A stretch of 64,000 nucleotides of DNA from Antedon mediterranea (GCF_964355755.1 NC_092677.1:3060101-3124100); one strand, 5' to 3'. Positions 24,901 through 38,500 are shown, counted from the stretch's first letter. Made by a program: numbers and translations. Notes: generated by a model not told the origin, from the letters alone.

Positions 24901-27551
24901 CAGTGTAAACATGAGACACACACAAGTTTATTTTGGACTGGCACAGGTCCTAAACATACTGTTTAGTAACAAATTCCAGCAATATAATAATAATATATAG
25001 CTACATTAATTTCAATCTGAAAATACATTGCATTGAATTACACAGATTGAATGGAGAGGATCGTGGGAAAGCAGTGAGCGAACCAAAAGCTATTGAACGT
25101 TCACCGAAACCTCCGCTTGAACGGCAAAAAAGCACGGAAGCGTTTCCACATGAAGACACCACCCTCGGAAGCAGTCCACGTCGTCATCTACCCGAACGAG
25201 AACATCTCTCTATTCAACCAAGACACAATTGGAGTATTGTTAAAGAAGGCATTGAGAGCCTTGAGGTTAATATGAATTAATCATTCATCCAGTCTAGAGT
25301 TTAAAAAAACTAGTTTAACTAGAAACTGATTATTTGGTTAAGCCCTTGTGAAAATACCGCACGATTCTCTATACACCCACAGAACCAGCAGTGCATAGCC
25401 TACCCAGATCATCACACCGAGAGACAATCCCTTACTCTTTTTTAATAGTGTACTGTTCTTTTAACATGCACTGTTACCAACGACTTTACTTCTCATCCGA
25501 TGGACGGGGCAATAAGATTAAATATGTTTAAAATTATTTTTGTTTTTTAGGAAGAGGAAGAAGAACACCATCTTTTATTTGAAGACATGGATCTGTCGAA
25601 CGTCGCTGGAGGATCCAAGACAGCAAATAGGAGACAGCAAAACACAAGTAATCGTGCAGCGTTTCAACAGCGACGAACAACGCCCACTACTTTGAATCAA
25701 ATCACCGAAGAAGAAGGTAAAGTGTCATTCTTTACTTTGTATGAAATGCATTTTTCTATAGTTTTACAATAACCTTATTACAGAAAATTATTTATGTTTA
25801 TTTAATATTGTGATATCATTTCTAAACGTTACCTCAATATTTCTTTTAAAATAATAATAATTTTAATCACTATAAAGTCTTTAGTTTTCTGAAGTACCAT
25901 CTGGTTTTTTGTCATAAATACAGCAAAATCAATAAAAACAACAAATTATTGTCATTTATAAACCTTTTGCTATTACTCACACAGCATGCTGTGTCAAAGT
26001 TCAATTTAATTGCACCTGCCTTTTAAACATTGGCATGCCCTTTGCCTTCTAATCAATAACATTGTCTTTATGCTGTCATACAACTGTTTAGTTGTAATGC
26101 CATCAGCTCGCTCTGGGATTTGCATTTAAAGATTTTCAGATAAAAAAAAGATGAAAAATGTTAGCTTATTGCCTAATGTTGTCATCTACTGTGTAGTAGA
26201 CATATGATAAAATATAGTAACTAGACATATAGACAAGATGTGTATAATATCCATTAATAGCCGTTATAACAGAAGACTGCACTTTACATTAACAAAACAT
26301 TTTTCTTAGAATAATAATATCTGTGGAATTATACATTTTGGAAACATGGGAAACATGCCAAATGTTTTGCAATTTTTTTATTTATTTAAAAAAAAAATTA
26401 TAATTGTTTGGCTTTTTATATTATTTCTTAAGCTCTGTCTACACTATCAAACTAGTTTGACAAGAAAGTGTGATGTGCCTAAATATGGTAGTGATATGCC
26501 CAAATATAGTGGTGATATACCCACATATGGTAGTGATATACCCAAATGGTAGTGATATGACATCATCATGTCCATTATTATGAGTACATCATATTTTTTG
26601 TCAAACTAGTTTGAAAGTGTAGACAGAGCTTAAATTTATCTTGTGTTGTCCAAAATGCGAGTAACATTTTATTTAATTAAATTTTTATTTTTTATAGGAG
26701 AGTCGGAAGAAGATGAATATGACGATTCAAAAAATGACAAGTATTCAAGTCCTGGGAACAATAATGGACGGCAGACAATCACGATGAAAAAAGCACCGCA
26801 GTTCAAACGAGGAAAATTGAAGAAACCTAATGCCAGTAGAGGGGGCTATAGTTCATCCGACGCGAGCGACGAAGATTCAGACACTAGGAGACGGTCCGAC
26901 AAGTTCGACCTTCCGTCTCGAGGCAAGCGCAGAGGTAGTAAAGACGGCCCACCGGGGGATGGTAATGGCGGCGGCAGCAACAACAGCAAGCAAGGACGCA
27001 ACGGGACCAGCGGGAAGAATAACAACAACGGGAGTAACGCACGTGGCGGATATAAGAAAGAAAGCAAAAGCAGTAATAATTCTAACAGCACGTCGGGAAG
27101 TTACGAACAAAAACGTAATAATGAATTGCGAGACAGCTTGAAACAAAGCAATCTCAGCGTGAACTCCTCGCATTCATCAAGTTCGTATAGTATAAGTAAG
27201 TACGCGATAGATCCTAATAACACAACTCCTAGCGATTCTGACGATCAAGCCACAGAGTTGCATAAAGTCTGGTCTAAAAATAGCATGACCAAATCTGACA
27301 GTAATCTTTACATAATTCCTTCAGAGTTAGAGAAGAAAAATTCACTTACAGATTCGGAGATCGATAAGAGAGAAACAACGCTGTACATTGATAAATTGAA
27401 CATAGATTTGAACAGCAACGGTAACCAGTGGAAGGTTGAGTTAAAGAAAAAGAGGAACAGAATACGTCATTTTGACGACATCGACGACGAAAGTCCTGTA
27501 CCCAATAAGACATCGTCGCGAGTTGAAAGCAACTGTTGCCGTCTGTTTTAA
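12911..27551 (+). CDS. SNRK: SNF-related serine/threonine kinase, about 769 aa
   Basis: Exons 12911-13511, 15514-15655, 21905-22108, 24374-24496, 25046-25265, 25551-25716, 26698-27551 (2310 nt, in phase). Motifs [51 protein letters not shown] end [15 protein letters not shown]-terminal CCRLF. Confidence 0.96.
14483..14605. mobile_element. MITE family A copy
   Basis: GGCTCTGTCTACACTATCAAACTTTATGTG...GTGATGTGCCCATATATGGACA; right end degraded. Confidence 0.8.
16156..18945. repeat. 35-bp tandem satellite, about 79-80 copies, in SNRK intron 2
   Basis: Unit TGTACAGTATAAGTATAATAAATATAAATACAATA, essentially invariant except at the edges. Confidence 0.98.
20445..20692 (-). mobile_element. Degenerate tRNA-derived SINE with CORE-like central domain
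   Basis: Minus strand reads TCCTTAGGCAAGCTACTTTAC...TGCCTCTCTCCACCCAGGTGTATAAATGGGAACC. A second copy at about 39860-40045 shares TCAAACACGTATGGAAACATACTCCCGTAATGCAGCTA. Confidence 0.7.
20755..20902. mobile_element. MITE family A copy
   Basis: Both TIRs present with TAA/TTA flanks. A further partial copy lies at about 21460-21550. Confidence 0.85.
22338..22725. repeat. Two tandem copies of an interspersed repeat also present at 124-240
   Basis: Shared AGTCTATTT..TGCCTAACTTACCTGGATAAAC...CTATTCT..AAAGAGTAA.....ACCCCTATCCACAAAT. Confidence 0.75.
22790..23110. repeat. Degenerate 29-33-bp tandem repeat
   Basis: About 10 units of AGTATTGACCAATCRYAATTAATCCTAAA. Confidence 0.9.
23340..23510 (-). 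mobile_element. SINE with Deu-like domain
   Basis: Minus strand has B-box GGTTCGAATC, then CGTCCTTCGGATGGGACTAAAAC (Deu-domain-like CTTTCGGATGAGACGTTAAAC). A related fragment lies at about 25315-25512. Confidence 0.65.
24570..24805. repeat. Three tandem copies of an approximately 80-bp unit
   Basis: ACTGTATGTAGAACTCATTTAC...TGTAATTGCATCCTAGTGCGAACCACGCTTTAATTTA repeated three times. Confidence 0.85.
26431..26630. mobile_element. MITE family A copy with internal 21-bp tandem expansion
   Basis: Both TIRs present; internal unit CCAAATATGGTAGTGATATRC repeated about 4 times. Confidence 0.85.
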
Positions 27552-28799
27552 CATGATCGCGTCCGTTACCAACCAGAAAACGGAACTGCCTTGTATTTTA
27601 AAGTCGTCACCTCATCTCGTCATTCTTATTATGTCTCAGCCAAAACTGAACACAATCTGTAACGTTATCGTAGCATATGACCTTCGACCCAGACTGACAT
27701 CAGTGGTAGTAATATAACAACCTATTCATTACATCTATTTTTCAAATTTATTTTTAAGTATTTTAAAAGGTATTCATGAATAATAATTAATAACATGATT
27801 GTTCAATCTTCACTCATATTAAAAAAACACTTTCCTATGAAACTAACAATGTATATTTTAACACAACATTCAACCCCTCTTTCAGATGACCTCTATTAAG
27901 GGGACAGTTTTGGTCCCCTAATAGGGGTTCTACTAAAAATGGTGTTCTACTCACATTTTGTTTAAAACAAAAATATGTTCGTTGTTGAGCCACCATACCT
28001 TTATAATTAAACATTAGTGAATTTAAATATATTGCTTTGTACTTAATAGTAAGTATGCTGTGTTTTTTTGTTGGTTTATTTCACTGTTTACCTCAATTTT
28101 TTTTTCAATTTAAAACTAAGCTGCCTTTTGATTTAATTAATTTATTTAACTGTATATAATTATTTTGTGATTAATTGCTTGGATAAACTAAACTATGTGC
28201 CATTATCTCTGGAAAAAATCCCTGTTGAAAAATTATAAATACAAGAAGTAGATATATATACTATTTTAAAATTCTGTTAGACTATTCCATTCAGATTGAG
28301 TGGGGGAGGGTTGGGAGTGGTAAACTGGCATATATGTTATTCAAGTAAGTATCTCGTTATCATTGTTTTTTTCTTACAATACATTATTGTTTAATTTAAT
28401 AATTCGTTAATGGTCAGGTAAAATATAATGCAACCACCTGTGAATTGAGTTTTTTTCATCTTTTTATTCTACCTAGGGTGTCATTATTCTTTATTTACCA
28501 GAAATGACTACCCAAGTTGACAAAAAATTAATTCACTTGTAATTATAATAATTGATGTGTGAAATTAATTTTAACAATTTTATTTGATTTGTAAACAGAT
28601 ATATGTGTCTTACCAATTGGGTGAGGAGACGACAGATTTGCACGAATATTATATATATGTATGTAGATGCTTAGTGCGAAGATTTATTGTAAATAGAGAA
28701 ATTAAATGCAATATGTATGAATACCTTGGCGGCTAATGTAACATCACTTATCCACCATTTTGTTCCTAGTCATTTTATATTGTTTTTATACATTACATG

Positions 28800-28878
28800 T
28801 CCCACCCATCTCCCATGCCCCACCCATCTCCCATGCCCCATCCATCTCCCATGCCCCACCCATCTCCCCCTCCCCACC
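28800..28878. repeat. C-rich 18-bp tandem repeat
   Basis: (CCCACCCATCTCCCATGC) about 4 times, downstream of the SNRK stop codon. Confidence 0.85.
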
Positions 28879-30953
28879 CAAATAATACCCAAGTAAACTG
28901 TAATAGGACATAGAGAAAAATAACCTAACCTCGCCTAAAGTTCTTCCTTAATTTTTCAAAAATAAAACTGTTAATATTAATTAGAAAATTTAATATATTG
29001 AAATAGAAAATTAATAGTGGCACTGTTGACCTTATTGTGACTGGCTGGACATCCGGTGACCCAATTACCTTCTGAAAATTGTCAACATTATTTTACTGCG
29101 ATCACTACATTTTATTACTTATGTAACAAACTTTTTTGTTATGGTAATCATACACACTGTTTATTGCAGTGACTGGCTCATAAATGTCTAAATTCAAACA
29201 AGCTAATAAGTTGATGCTGTGAAAAAGTGTAGTTTCAGCAGTAACTGCAGTAGATTAATTTTGACATGATCCATTACAAAGCATCCCAACTTCTTGTTAG
29301 CTAGTCCCCAGCAGTAAGTCCTATCATCAGCCGTGTCATTTAGTACTGTCTTTCATTGTATAGTTGCAAGATTTAAATAGATTTTATATAAAAGATGTTT
29401 GTGCTTGTATGTCAAATGTTCAACATCGTAACCTGTAGCCTTTGTGTTTTAAAAATAAACCAATACACTATAAAATCGTTTAAATTTCTCTGACGTCATC
29501 ACGCAATCCAAATCACTCCAATACATGGCGTTTGAGCTATATTATAGTGTTCTTACATTCACCAAAATGGTGTTCTTCCACAAGTATGGTACAAGCACGT
29601 AGTTCCTAGTGCCCTTTTTAAACTAGATACCATCAGAGAAAATAGGCCAACTCATGAAAAATTGTGGGTTAATTTTACTGAACCAGCTGGCAAGTTATTT
29701 TCATCTGCTAGACTAGGCCTAAATCTATTTTTTATTCAGTTACTTTACATTTTACATGCTCCTGATGATAACAACCTTGTGGTATGTGAGTGGGCCTGTT
29801 AACGTTGCGTTGGTATTTTCACTCTGCAACAGTAGGAATTAGTACAGTAATTGTTGTTTACTTATCATATCGGCCAGAATAGATTACAGGTTTTATTTTT
29901 TTTAATTACTGTGATTTGTAGACACAGTTGTAAAATACTGTAGTTAAAGATAAATTTATACCTTGGTGTGTTTACAACAAAGAGGTAGGCGCAGATACAA
30001 GGGATTAGCGCTAGGGGGGTATGCAAGGGGGTAACATAGGGGGTAGCGCTAGAAGGTGCACAAGGGGAAGCGCTAGGGGGTGCGCAAGGGTTTAGTGTTA
30101 GGACAAAAGGGGGTAGCGCTAGAGGGCCTACCCTTTCGACAGCTTAAATTTCATTATCTATTTTTGACAGATTAATTAAATGTTAGCGCTCCCCTTTAGA
30201 TCCACCTGCTGAGAGCTTATACAATTAACTATAGCCTGACCTCCTATGTAATCAAAACTTATAAAGTGAAAATGGGATATGGTTACATTACACTGGCAAA
30301 GCATTAAACTAAATGAAATGATATAATTCCCCTACTAACCCAGGCTTAATGATAATCTAAAGTTATCTCTGGCATGGCATAGGTAAAACAGTTAACAGTT
30401 CAGTTTCTTTGATCAATCTTTGTTGTTATTTTATTTAATGTCAGAAAATCTATAATAAATAATTTGTAGGTTTGTAGGTAACCTAGGTAACCTGTAGATA
30501 TCCTGTGTGCTATTATTATATTCTATTGAATTCATGAAATAGTATAGACCATTGTATAGTATAGACCATTGCAACATAGTACATTGCAACATAGTACATA
30601 ATGCACGGGTATATTCAATTCTAATGTAAATGCATTTTAGTAAATTACAAGTTGATATTGGTTGACGTTTGCAGTGCCTCTTCCAACGGTCGATTCAGGG
30701 TCTTATTTTCTCAGCTCTGTAAATTACTAATTTTTGTTTGTGAACAACATGTTTAAACCAAGTTTAAGTTTGATTTAACATGATATCATTTGATTGGCTA
30801 ATTAATCCCATTGTTGGTGTGTGAGGTATCTACACAGTAAAGCATTACCCCAGCATGATTGGTGTGTGAGAATGGTTGAACTATTCAATAATTATGATCT
30901 AAATGTTGTGATTATTTCAGATAAATGTTGTACCGTAAATAAATAATCTAATG

Positions 30954-31174
30954 TATTGATAATATTGATAAGTATTGATAAATATTGATAAATATTGATA
31001 AGTACTGATAAATATTGATAAGTATTGATAAATATTGATAGATATTTTTAAGTATTGATAAATATTGATAAGTATTGATACATATTGATAGATATTGATA
31101 AGTATTGATACATATTGATAGATATTGATAAGTATTGATAAACATTGATAACAATTGATAAGTATTGATAAATA
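30954..31174. repeat. 10-bp minisatellite
   Basis: (ATTGATAART/ATTGATAGAT) about 21 copies. Confidence 0.92.
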
Positions 31175-32562
31175 TTTATATGAATTGGTGAATGAGTGCT
31201 TCGTCTAGGATGTTGATATATATATATATATAGTATGTGATCCGAGTTGTCTCTTACGTAAAATTTGGTTCCCACTAGGACACAACACAAGGACGTAAGC
31301 GCAACATAAGTAATTTGACCAATCACAACGCGATGGATCATCCAAACTGTGATTGGTCAACTCACAGCGTTGTGTTTTGTCCAATTAGAAATGGAAACTA
31401 AGTTTTACTTGCATAAGTATGTAAATGTGTTCATCATAAAACAAGGTCCCAATGAAAAAGGAAAGTTATATTGTGGATAGGAGGAGCTAATTTAAATAAA
31501 CGAACCTGTTCTCATTTCTGGCTTTGATCAATGCTATATTCAAATAAGCAGATAATTTGAATATGCACCACAAAAATGACAATAGGTTTCATGATGATTG
31601 TGAGGACTATGCGAGCATAGTGTATTAAACAGAAAGATGGGTACCTAGGGTACCTTACAGTGTTTGCATCATAGGCCATTGTAACCACTGTACCAATGGT
31701 AAGCTTAGTGTAATTTTATTACTATGTACAATTCCCAGACATATGAAAAAATGTTATTTAGTGTTTTAACAATGTACACATTAAAATAATTTTTATTGAA
31801 TAGAATATTTTGTTTCTTGACTGTGTTCTTAAAGTTGTAGGACAAAAGTAATAATCTATCCAGTAGGATGCTGGAATATCCGGATTATGCTTGACAGGGA
31901 ATTTCCCCTTCCCTTATTGGACAGAGAAGTTTCCCCTCACATACAAGACATAACAAGACAAATCTCTTTTTTCAATATAAGTTTTTTTTGTATGAACGTA
32001 TATAAATTGGGCAGAATTCGGAAGTGAACTCGGCAACTCTTTGTTCTGCCAATTCGTGACGTAACCAAAAGCCGCCATATTCATCGATTTCACACAAGGA
32101 AAACGAGTCGAGGACGTTGTGCTGTTTTTTCTGGAATTCTCGTTTGAAATACACCGGTAAATTTATATTTTTATGGATTGAATAAGTGTATATATATTAA
32201 GCAATAAATAGAGAATTGATTTAGTAGAAATTATGTTTTTAATAGATTGCTAGTGATCGTTTTATACTCGAGCCCAAGTTAAGTAGCGTCCAGCAAAAAA
32301 GCATTTTTCAAGCAAGATAATGCAATTTTGTCGGCAGGTCATGCTGCATTCTTTTGGGCTGTGTACGATTTTTTGTAACTGGGTGCAACTTTAGGCTTTC
32401 TTTGGTATCTTTCTCACGGTCACCATGTTTGTAGTAGGCCTCATACTGTTGCTTGTTTGTTGCTTGACTATTTTTCAATTACATTACTTCACTTTTTGTA
32501 CAGTATCGTCATCAAATGAATGAATTTTTTTTTTTTTTTTTTGCAGACTTTACACAAGCAAT

Positions 32563-35500
32563 ATGATGGCTGAAGACATTGATGTTGAAGCTATGCTGGA
32601 AGCACCCTACAAAAAAAATGTAAGCATTTATTACGGGATAAGATAATTTACACAGAGTTAGAGAAATACTTTCATTTAGAAGGGTCTACTAAAATTACAA
32701 TGTAATTTTTCTGCGAAAAAAAACATAATACATGCATGCAAGGAATCCATAATGCTCTACCTCAACATAGTAAATCAATATTTTTTTTTTCATAGTTTTT
32801 AGAAATAAAGAATCTTAAATTTTTATCAAGTTTATTTTTTTATTTGAATAACCAGAAAAAAAAGTAATGATGTAAAATGTGAGTTTTTTTTTCGCATGAA
32901 TTGTTGTCTTTAACAAGTATTTAAGTATAGGGAGATATTCAATTCAACAATTAAACTTTTTTGTTTAAAATTTATTGTAGGAATGAGACGAGTATATAAA
33001 GGAAATGCGTGTAATTCTGTGGTTTGTATTCTAATTGTGATGAATGATATAAAATTAATAAATATTAAAATTATTGACCTTCCGACGACACTAAAAAATA
33101 ATAGTGTTTTCTCTTATAGCGTATTAATTATTGCACTGACATTTAGCTGATGCCATATGGCTAAATACATAATTATTGCATAATAATAAAATACAATTTT
33201 TTGTGTAAAAGAGAGCTTAGGGTGCAAAATATTGAGTTGAAAATGCTAGGAGGTTAAACAAAGACTTGTTAATGTTAAAAGATGTGCTAGCTAGAAAGCA
33301 ATTGGTCCTTAGGTCGTTAAAAGCTAATAGTTTTAATCAATAGGCAGGCCTACTATGTTAGGCAGAATTTTGTGTGTGTGAAGTTGGTTGTGATTTGAGT
33401 GAGCCAATTATTGATATTTTTGCCAATTTCATTTCTTATAGACTCACATTGACTTGAGTGATGGTCGCTGAAAATGATGAGGTCGTTAACCTCTGCTCCT
33501 ACATATAATCTCGCTGAACTTTGACCTTGGGTCATAAACATCTTGAAGGTTTAAAGATCAACAATATAATGTTTACAATGTTCAACATAGTTTAATAACT
33601 ATTCTTGAAAAACAGTTAAATTTATTCGTCTGTGTTTCAATGATTTAACTTGGCTCAATTTGAAGCCGATCCACTTCTTCCCAGCATTGTCTCTCTTATA
33701 CCAAAAAATAATACTATTCGATTGATAAATCAATAATAATATTCTCCAATTTTGAATTTCTGGAGAAATTAATTTTCTGATCTAGAGAATGTAATATAAA
33801 ATATCCTTGCATAAACTCTTTAAGTTAAATTTCTATTTTATGATTTTCGTGAATTCTTGTGATGCATTATAATTTTGGTTTTTATTAATCAAAAAGTTGC
33901 AGGCATGTAATTATTATATAGAACCAAAACGTTACAGGCATGGAATTATACGTTGCATAAACTAGCCACTTTGCTAGGCTACCCAAAAAAAGATGTTTTA
34001 ATAATTGTTTAAAAAAAACGTACTAAAAGTTATCCAATCCCCTCTTGCTGTAGGGTTGTATGAGACAAGATATGGAAGAATCGAAGATGGTACTCTTGGA
34101 CCAATCCTTCACACTTACCATAACGGCTGGCGGCTCTATTTGTGGGAAGGGCGGGTTTTTTTTAGGTACCTGTACCGGTTTACCTGTTCCAACTGAACTT
34201 GGCAACAATTCAAAGAAATTTACTGGAATTAAAATGCTTTATACACTCACTCTTAGACAGTTGTAGATGCTCACAATGATTATACATATGTTATGTTAAC
34301 AATTTTTTCTCCAATGCATAGCCCAATAGTTGTTATGTAGTCATATATATATATCAACAGGCACAGAACAAATTCTAAACTAGCTGGTGATATTATTACT
34401 GAATATTAATTAATTTAAAACAATAAAGATGAAGAAACATGTGAGAATGAACCTTGAACCTTCTGCTTGATATGCAGATTTCCTAACCATTATATATATT
34501 TCATTACTGAAGCACTACTTAAAAGCACATTCTGCTGTATGAAGGAAAATGTGAAAAACAATAAGACAGTGATAGGTTGAACAATTAAGCATTTTTATTA
34601 AAGAGGCGTGGCAGTTTTCATTGACAAGGAAACAAACGACAATTGTCTTTCCTTAACAAATACTATAGTACAAAACCAGTGTGATTTTATGTTGGCAGAA
34701 CCTTTCTTCCCATACCTCTAATTATGCAGTGAAATATGCAGAATGCAATTATGATAAAAAATTTAGTATTTTTCTGTACTTTGTTTCATAAGAAATATAA
34801 ACATTGTTTTCCCCAGCTGTCAAGAACTGTATCCTCAAGTAATTTTTTAATACAAATTTTCATCATTTTATAAGCAAAGTTAAAGGTGAGGCATTTAAGT
34901 AGTGGAACAATGCTATAAGCTTTTGTCATTGACACTGTATGTGTTTTTTTTCTTCTTTTCTCCTCCTCCCAACCCTGTTTGACAACCTTGCTGTTTGTTT
35001 TGGACATCTTAGGGCGATGCATCGTCACTGGCACTTTCAAAGAAAGACGAGTCAAGGAGGAGGTGAGTTTATCTATTTTCCTTTTTTTTTAATTTAAAAA
35101 AAAATCTGTCTGAATAACTAACTAAAGCTCTGTCTACACTATCAAACTTTATGTTACAAAAAACATGATGTGCCCATATATGATGATGTCATATCACTAC
35201 CATATTTGGACACATCACACTAGTTTGATAATGTAGACAGAGCTTAAGAGAAGTAACAAACTTTGTTGAATTAAAATAGTCATTTGAAATTGCACAATTA
35301 AAGGATTGGAGGATAAAATACAAATATTCTGTGTTCTAGGATAAATGGAACAGAGCATTACTTGCAATGATCCACAATTAACCTTATTTATGAAAATTAA
35401 CCTTTGACTTTTTTATGCCTATTTGGAACTATTTTCATGATTTTATAAATATTCTACAATCATTTATGAAATATTTAGCCGTCGTTTGTGAATTATCAAT

Positions 35501-38500
35501 TATTTTTAAGGCTATTGTAGCATTTGTGACTGGTTTTAGGCTAGTTCATTTATTTGTTATATTGTATAGGCCTACAAAAACTAATCTGTAACAGTATATA
35601 CAGTAATACCCTATAGTAGGTTGTGTATTATATTAATTGTGTTAGCATCATAGAAACTTTAGTTAATAAAAATATATGTCAACTGTCATTAGGTGACAGC
35701 CTGCGGACTAATAATAAAGATGTGATAAGTGGCCGTGATTGCGGCAGATTGTCATCGTAGATCACAAAGGTGGGTGATGCACAGTCTCAGGTGAGAGGTA
35801 ACTGGGCCAATTCTAACCCCCCTTCCCTGCTCAACTAAGTGGAGTTTTCCCCTCCATGCATATCTTCAATACATTCAAAATGTAGCAGAATTTATATACA
35901 TCTCCTGGTAAGATTTGAAGAAAAAAAATCTGACACCAGTTTGTCATTGTAATTACAAATAAAGAAAACCCTTACTTTTTGTTATTTAGATTAATCAAAA
36001 AACTGATTTAATGATTTTTGTTTTTCTAAATTTGTAGACATTCATCAAAGAGTAGAAGTAGAAGCCGTGACCGAGACAGACGGTAAGCTTAAATTTCTGC
36101 CTATCGTTAAATAACATGTAAACTGCATGTGATAAGTAACTTGATTTGAGAGAATATGTATATACACAATCTGTGAGAGAATGCAGAATCTGTATATACA
36201 CAATCTGTGAGCGAGTGCAGAATCTGTATATACACAATCTGTGAGCGAATGCAGAATCTGTTTGAACTTTAGCCTATTCTAAAGTTCTGTCGACACTATT
36301 AAACAAAATCAAAGTATTGTGGTGATGTGCCCGCATATCACATTTTTTTGTCACATAAAGTTTGATAGTGTAGACAGATCTTAACTCCTTGTTGTTAATC
36401 ATTGGTTTGATAGTGTAGACAGATCTTAACTCCTTGTTGTTATTCATTGGTTTGATAGTGTAGACAGATCTTAACTCCTTGTTGTTATTCATTGGTTACT
36501 GAATAAATATTATTAAGTAGGAGTGTTAGTAAATAATTGTTTTTTTTGTGTTATAACTATTTTTAGACACCGAAGCAAGAGCAAAGATAGAGAACGAAGG
36601 TATGTAGTTTATTTCAACTTGAATTTCTCTTAGTAACTTCATCCATACCCAAGTGTAGTACAATTTTGATCATTTTTATACCCCATTTGTGTGTTTATGT
36701 TTATAGATACAATAAATTAAAATATATGAAATTATGTATTTTATGTAAATTTCTCTACCACCAGGAAAGAGAGAGATCGTCACGGGCGTAGCGGAAGCCG
36801 CGACAGGTCAAGAAGAGATGGAGACAGAAATAGAGAACGTGAACGAGACCGTAGTAGAGGATGGGAAAGGGATGGTGAACGAAATAGAGGTGGAAGAGAT
36901 AAAGAACGCGACAGAGGAAGTAGAGGTCGTGATAGAGAAAGAGACAATTATAGAGGAGGTGAGAGACGAGAACGAAAGGAGAAGCGAAGCAGATCAAAAG
37001 AACGAGTGAAAGAAGTAGTTGTACCTGAACCAAGGTTAGTCTTATTTTTGGTTATTACAATTTAACACTGAGGATTATTTTAAAGACTTTTTAAGAGTTT
37101 AATATATTAATAGCAGAGATCTTAAAATATACATCCTCCTTGTACAGGAAATAAAAACCAAGTTAATTAATATCAGATTTGCAATCTTGTTTTTGACTTG
37201 ACTTTAAGTATGATCTCAAAGGCCTGGCCTGAACAATTAGTAGAGGAATAATACTTAGATTATATTAACAATAGCATTAAAACCTAGTTTAAATTAGATG
37301 TTGATATTATATTATACTAGTGTAGTTCGAATATACAGTAGCAAAATATAAAATAAAAAGAACAGAATTTTAAATAGTAATGAACTATTAATATTTTTCT
37401 ATTTAGACCAAAATCTCCTGAGTTGACGCCAGAACAAAGAGATGCAAGAACCGTGTTTTGCATGCAGCTCTCGGCAAGAATCAGACCGAGAGATTTAGAA
37501 GAATTTTTCTCGGCAGTTGGAGAAGTAAGATTAAACATTCATTATAATACAGTTTATTTTGTTAAAACTGGATAGTTTTAAAACTTAAAATTAAGCTAAA
37601 TTTTAATAATCATTTTGTTTGTATTGCAGGTGAGAGACGTTAGAATAATTTCAGACCGCAACTCTAGAAGATCAAAAGGAGTTGCTTACGTCGAGTTTAA
37701 AGATGAAAAGTGTATTCCATTGGTAAGTAGTCTCTTGCTGTTTATTTTAGAATAAAATCAAACTTTAAATTGGCCATTTTGTAGTTTTAATCATTAATTG
37801 AGTATCTATTATGTGGCATTAAAATTGTTTACAAATGGTATTTTTTTATATCATTTAAATTATAGTAGGTAATTGGCATATGTGATTGGGTAACCTTTGA
37901 GCTAAATTGAAAATCAGTTAATGTTAGTTTTAACATTAATACTTAATGTAAACTCTAGGTGCTGCTAGTTAAAACACATCACAACACATGTATTGAACAT
38001 ATTGAGACTTTTACACCTTTTTGTTATTTTGGTAGGCAATTGGATTGAACAATCAGAAATTGCTAGGAGTGCCAATCATAGTACAAGTGTCACAAGCAGA
38101 GAAGAACAGAACAGCCAGCAGTAATCTGACCCTTCAGAAGGGTAGTCAGGGACCCATGCGCCTCTATGTTGGCTCTCTGCATTTCAACATCACAGAGGAG
38201 ATGTTGAGAGGGATATTTGAGCCATTCGGACATGTAAGTTGAATGATTTGATGATACTCTAAAGCCCTGTCTACAATAGCAGACTAGTTGGACAAATGTA
38301 ATGGGCTCAAATATGATAGTGATATGACATCATGACCATATATAGGCACATCACACATTTTTGTTTAAAAAGTTTGATAGTGTAGACAGAACTTGAGGTT
38401 TACTTCACTTGGAAAAATGTAGGTTTTTGAGGCCTTACACACAAAAAAGTGTGATATGTCCTAATATGGTAGTGATATCCCCAATATGGTAGTGATATGA

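Noticed and set aside
26830-27173. Overlapping ORFs within the SNRK last exon
   Set aside because: Expected by-products of a GC-richer, low-complexity coding exon.
30948-31341. ORFs rich in YQYLSI
   Set aside because: They derive from the 10-bp minisatellite and an adjacent degenerate inverted-repeat element.
33458-33518. C/D box snoRNA (ATGATGA ... CTGA) in the RBM39 intron
   Set aside because: The boxes are only about 35 nt apart, there is no terminal stem, and I could not identify a convincing rRNA-complementary guide. It would need snoscan or Infernal.
36755-37033. Acidic ORF METEIENVNE... and the hydrophobic antisense ORF
   Set aside because: Shifted and antisense frames of the purine-rich RBM39 RS-domain exon.
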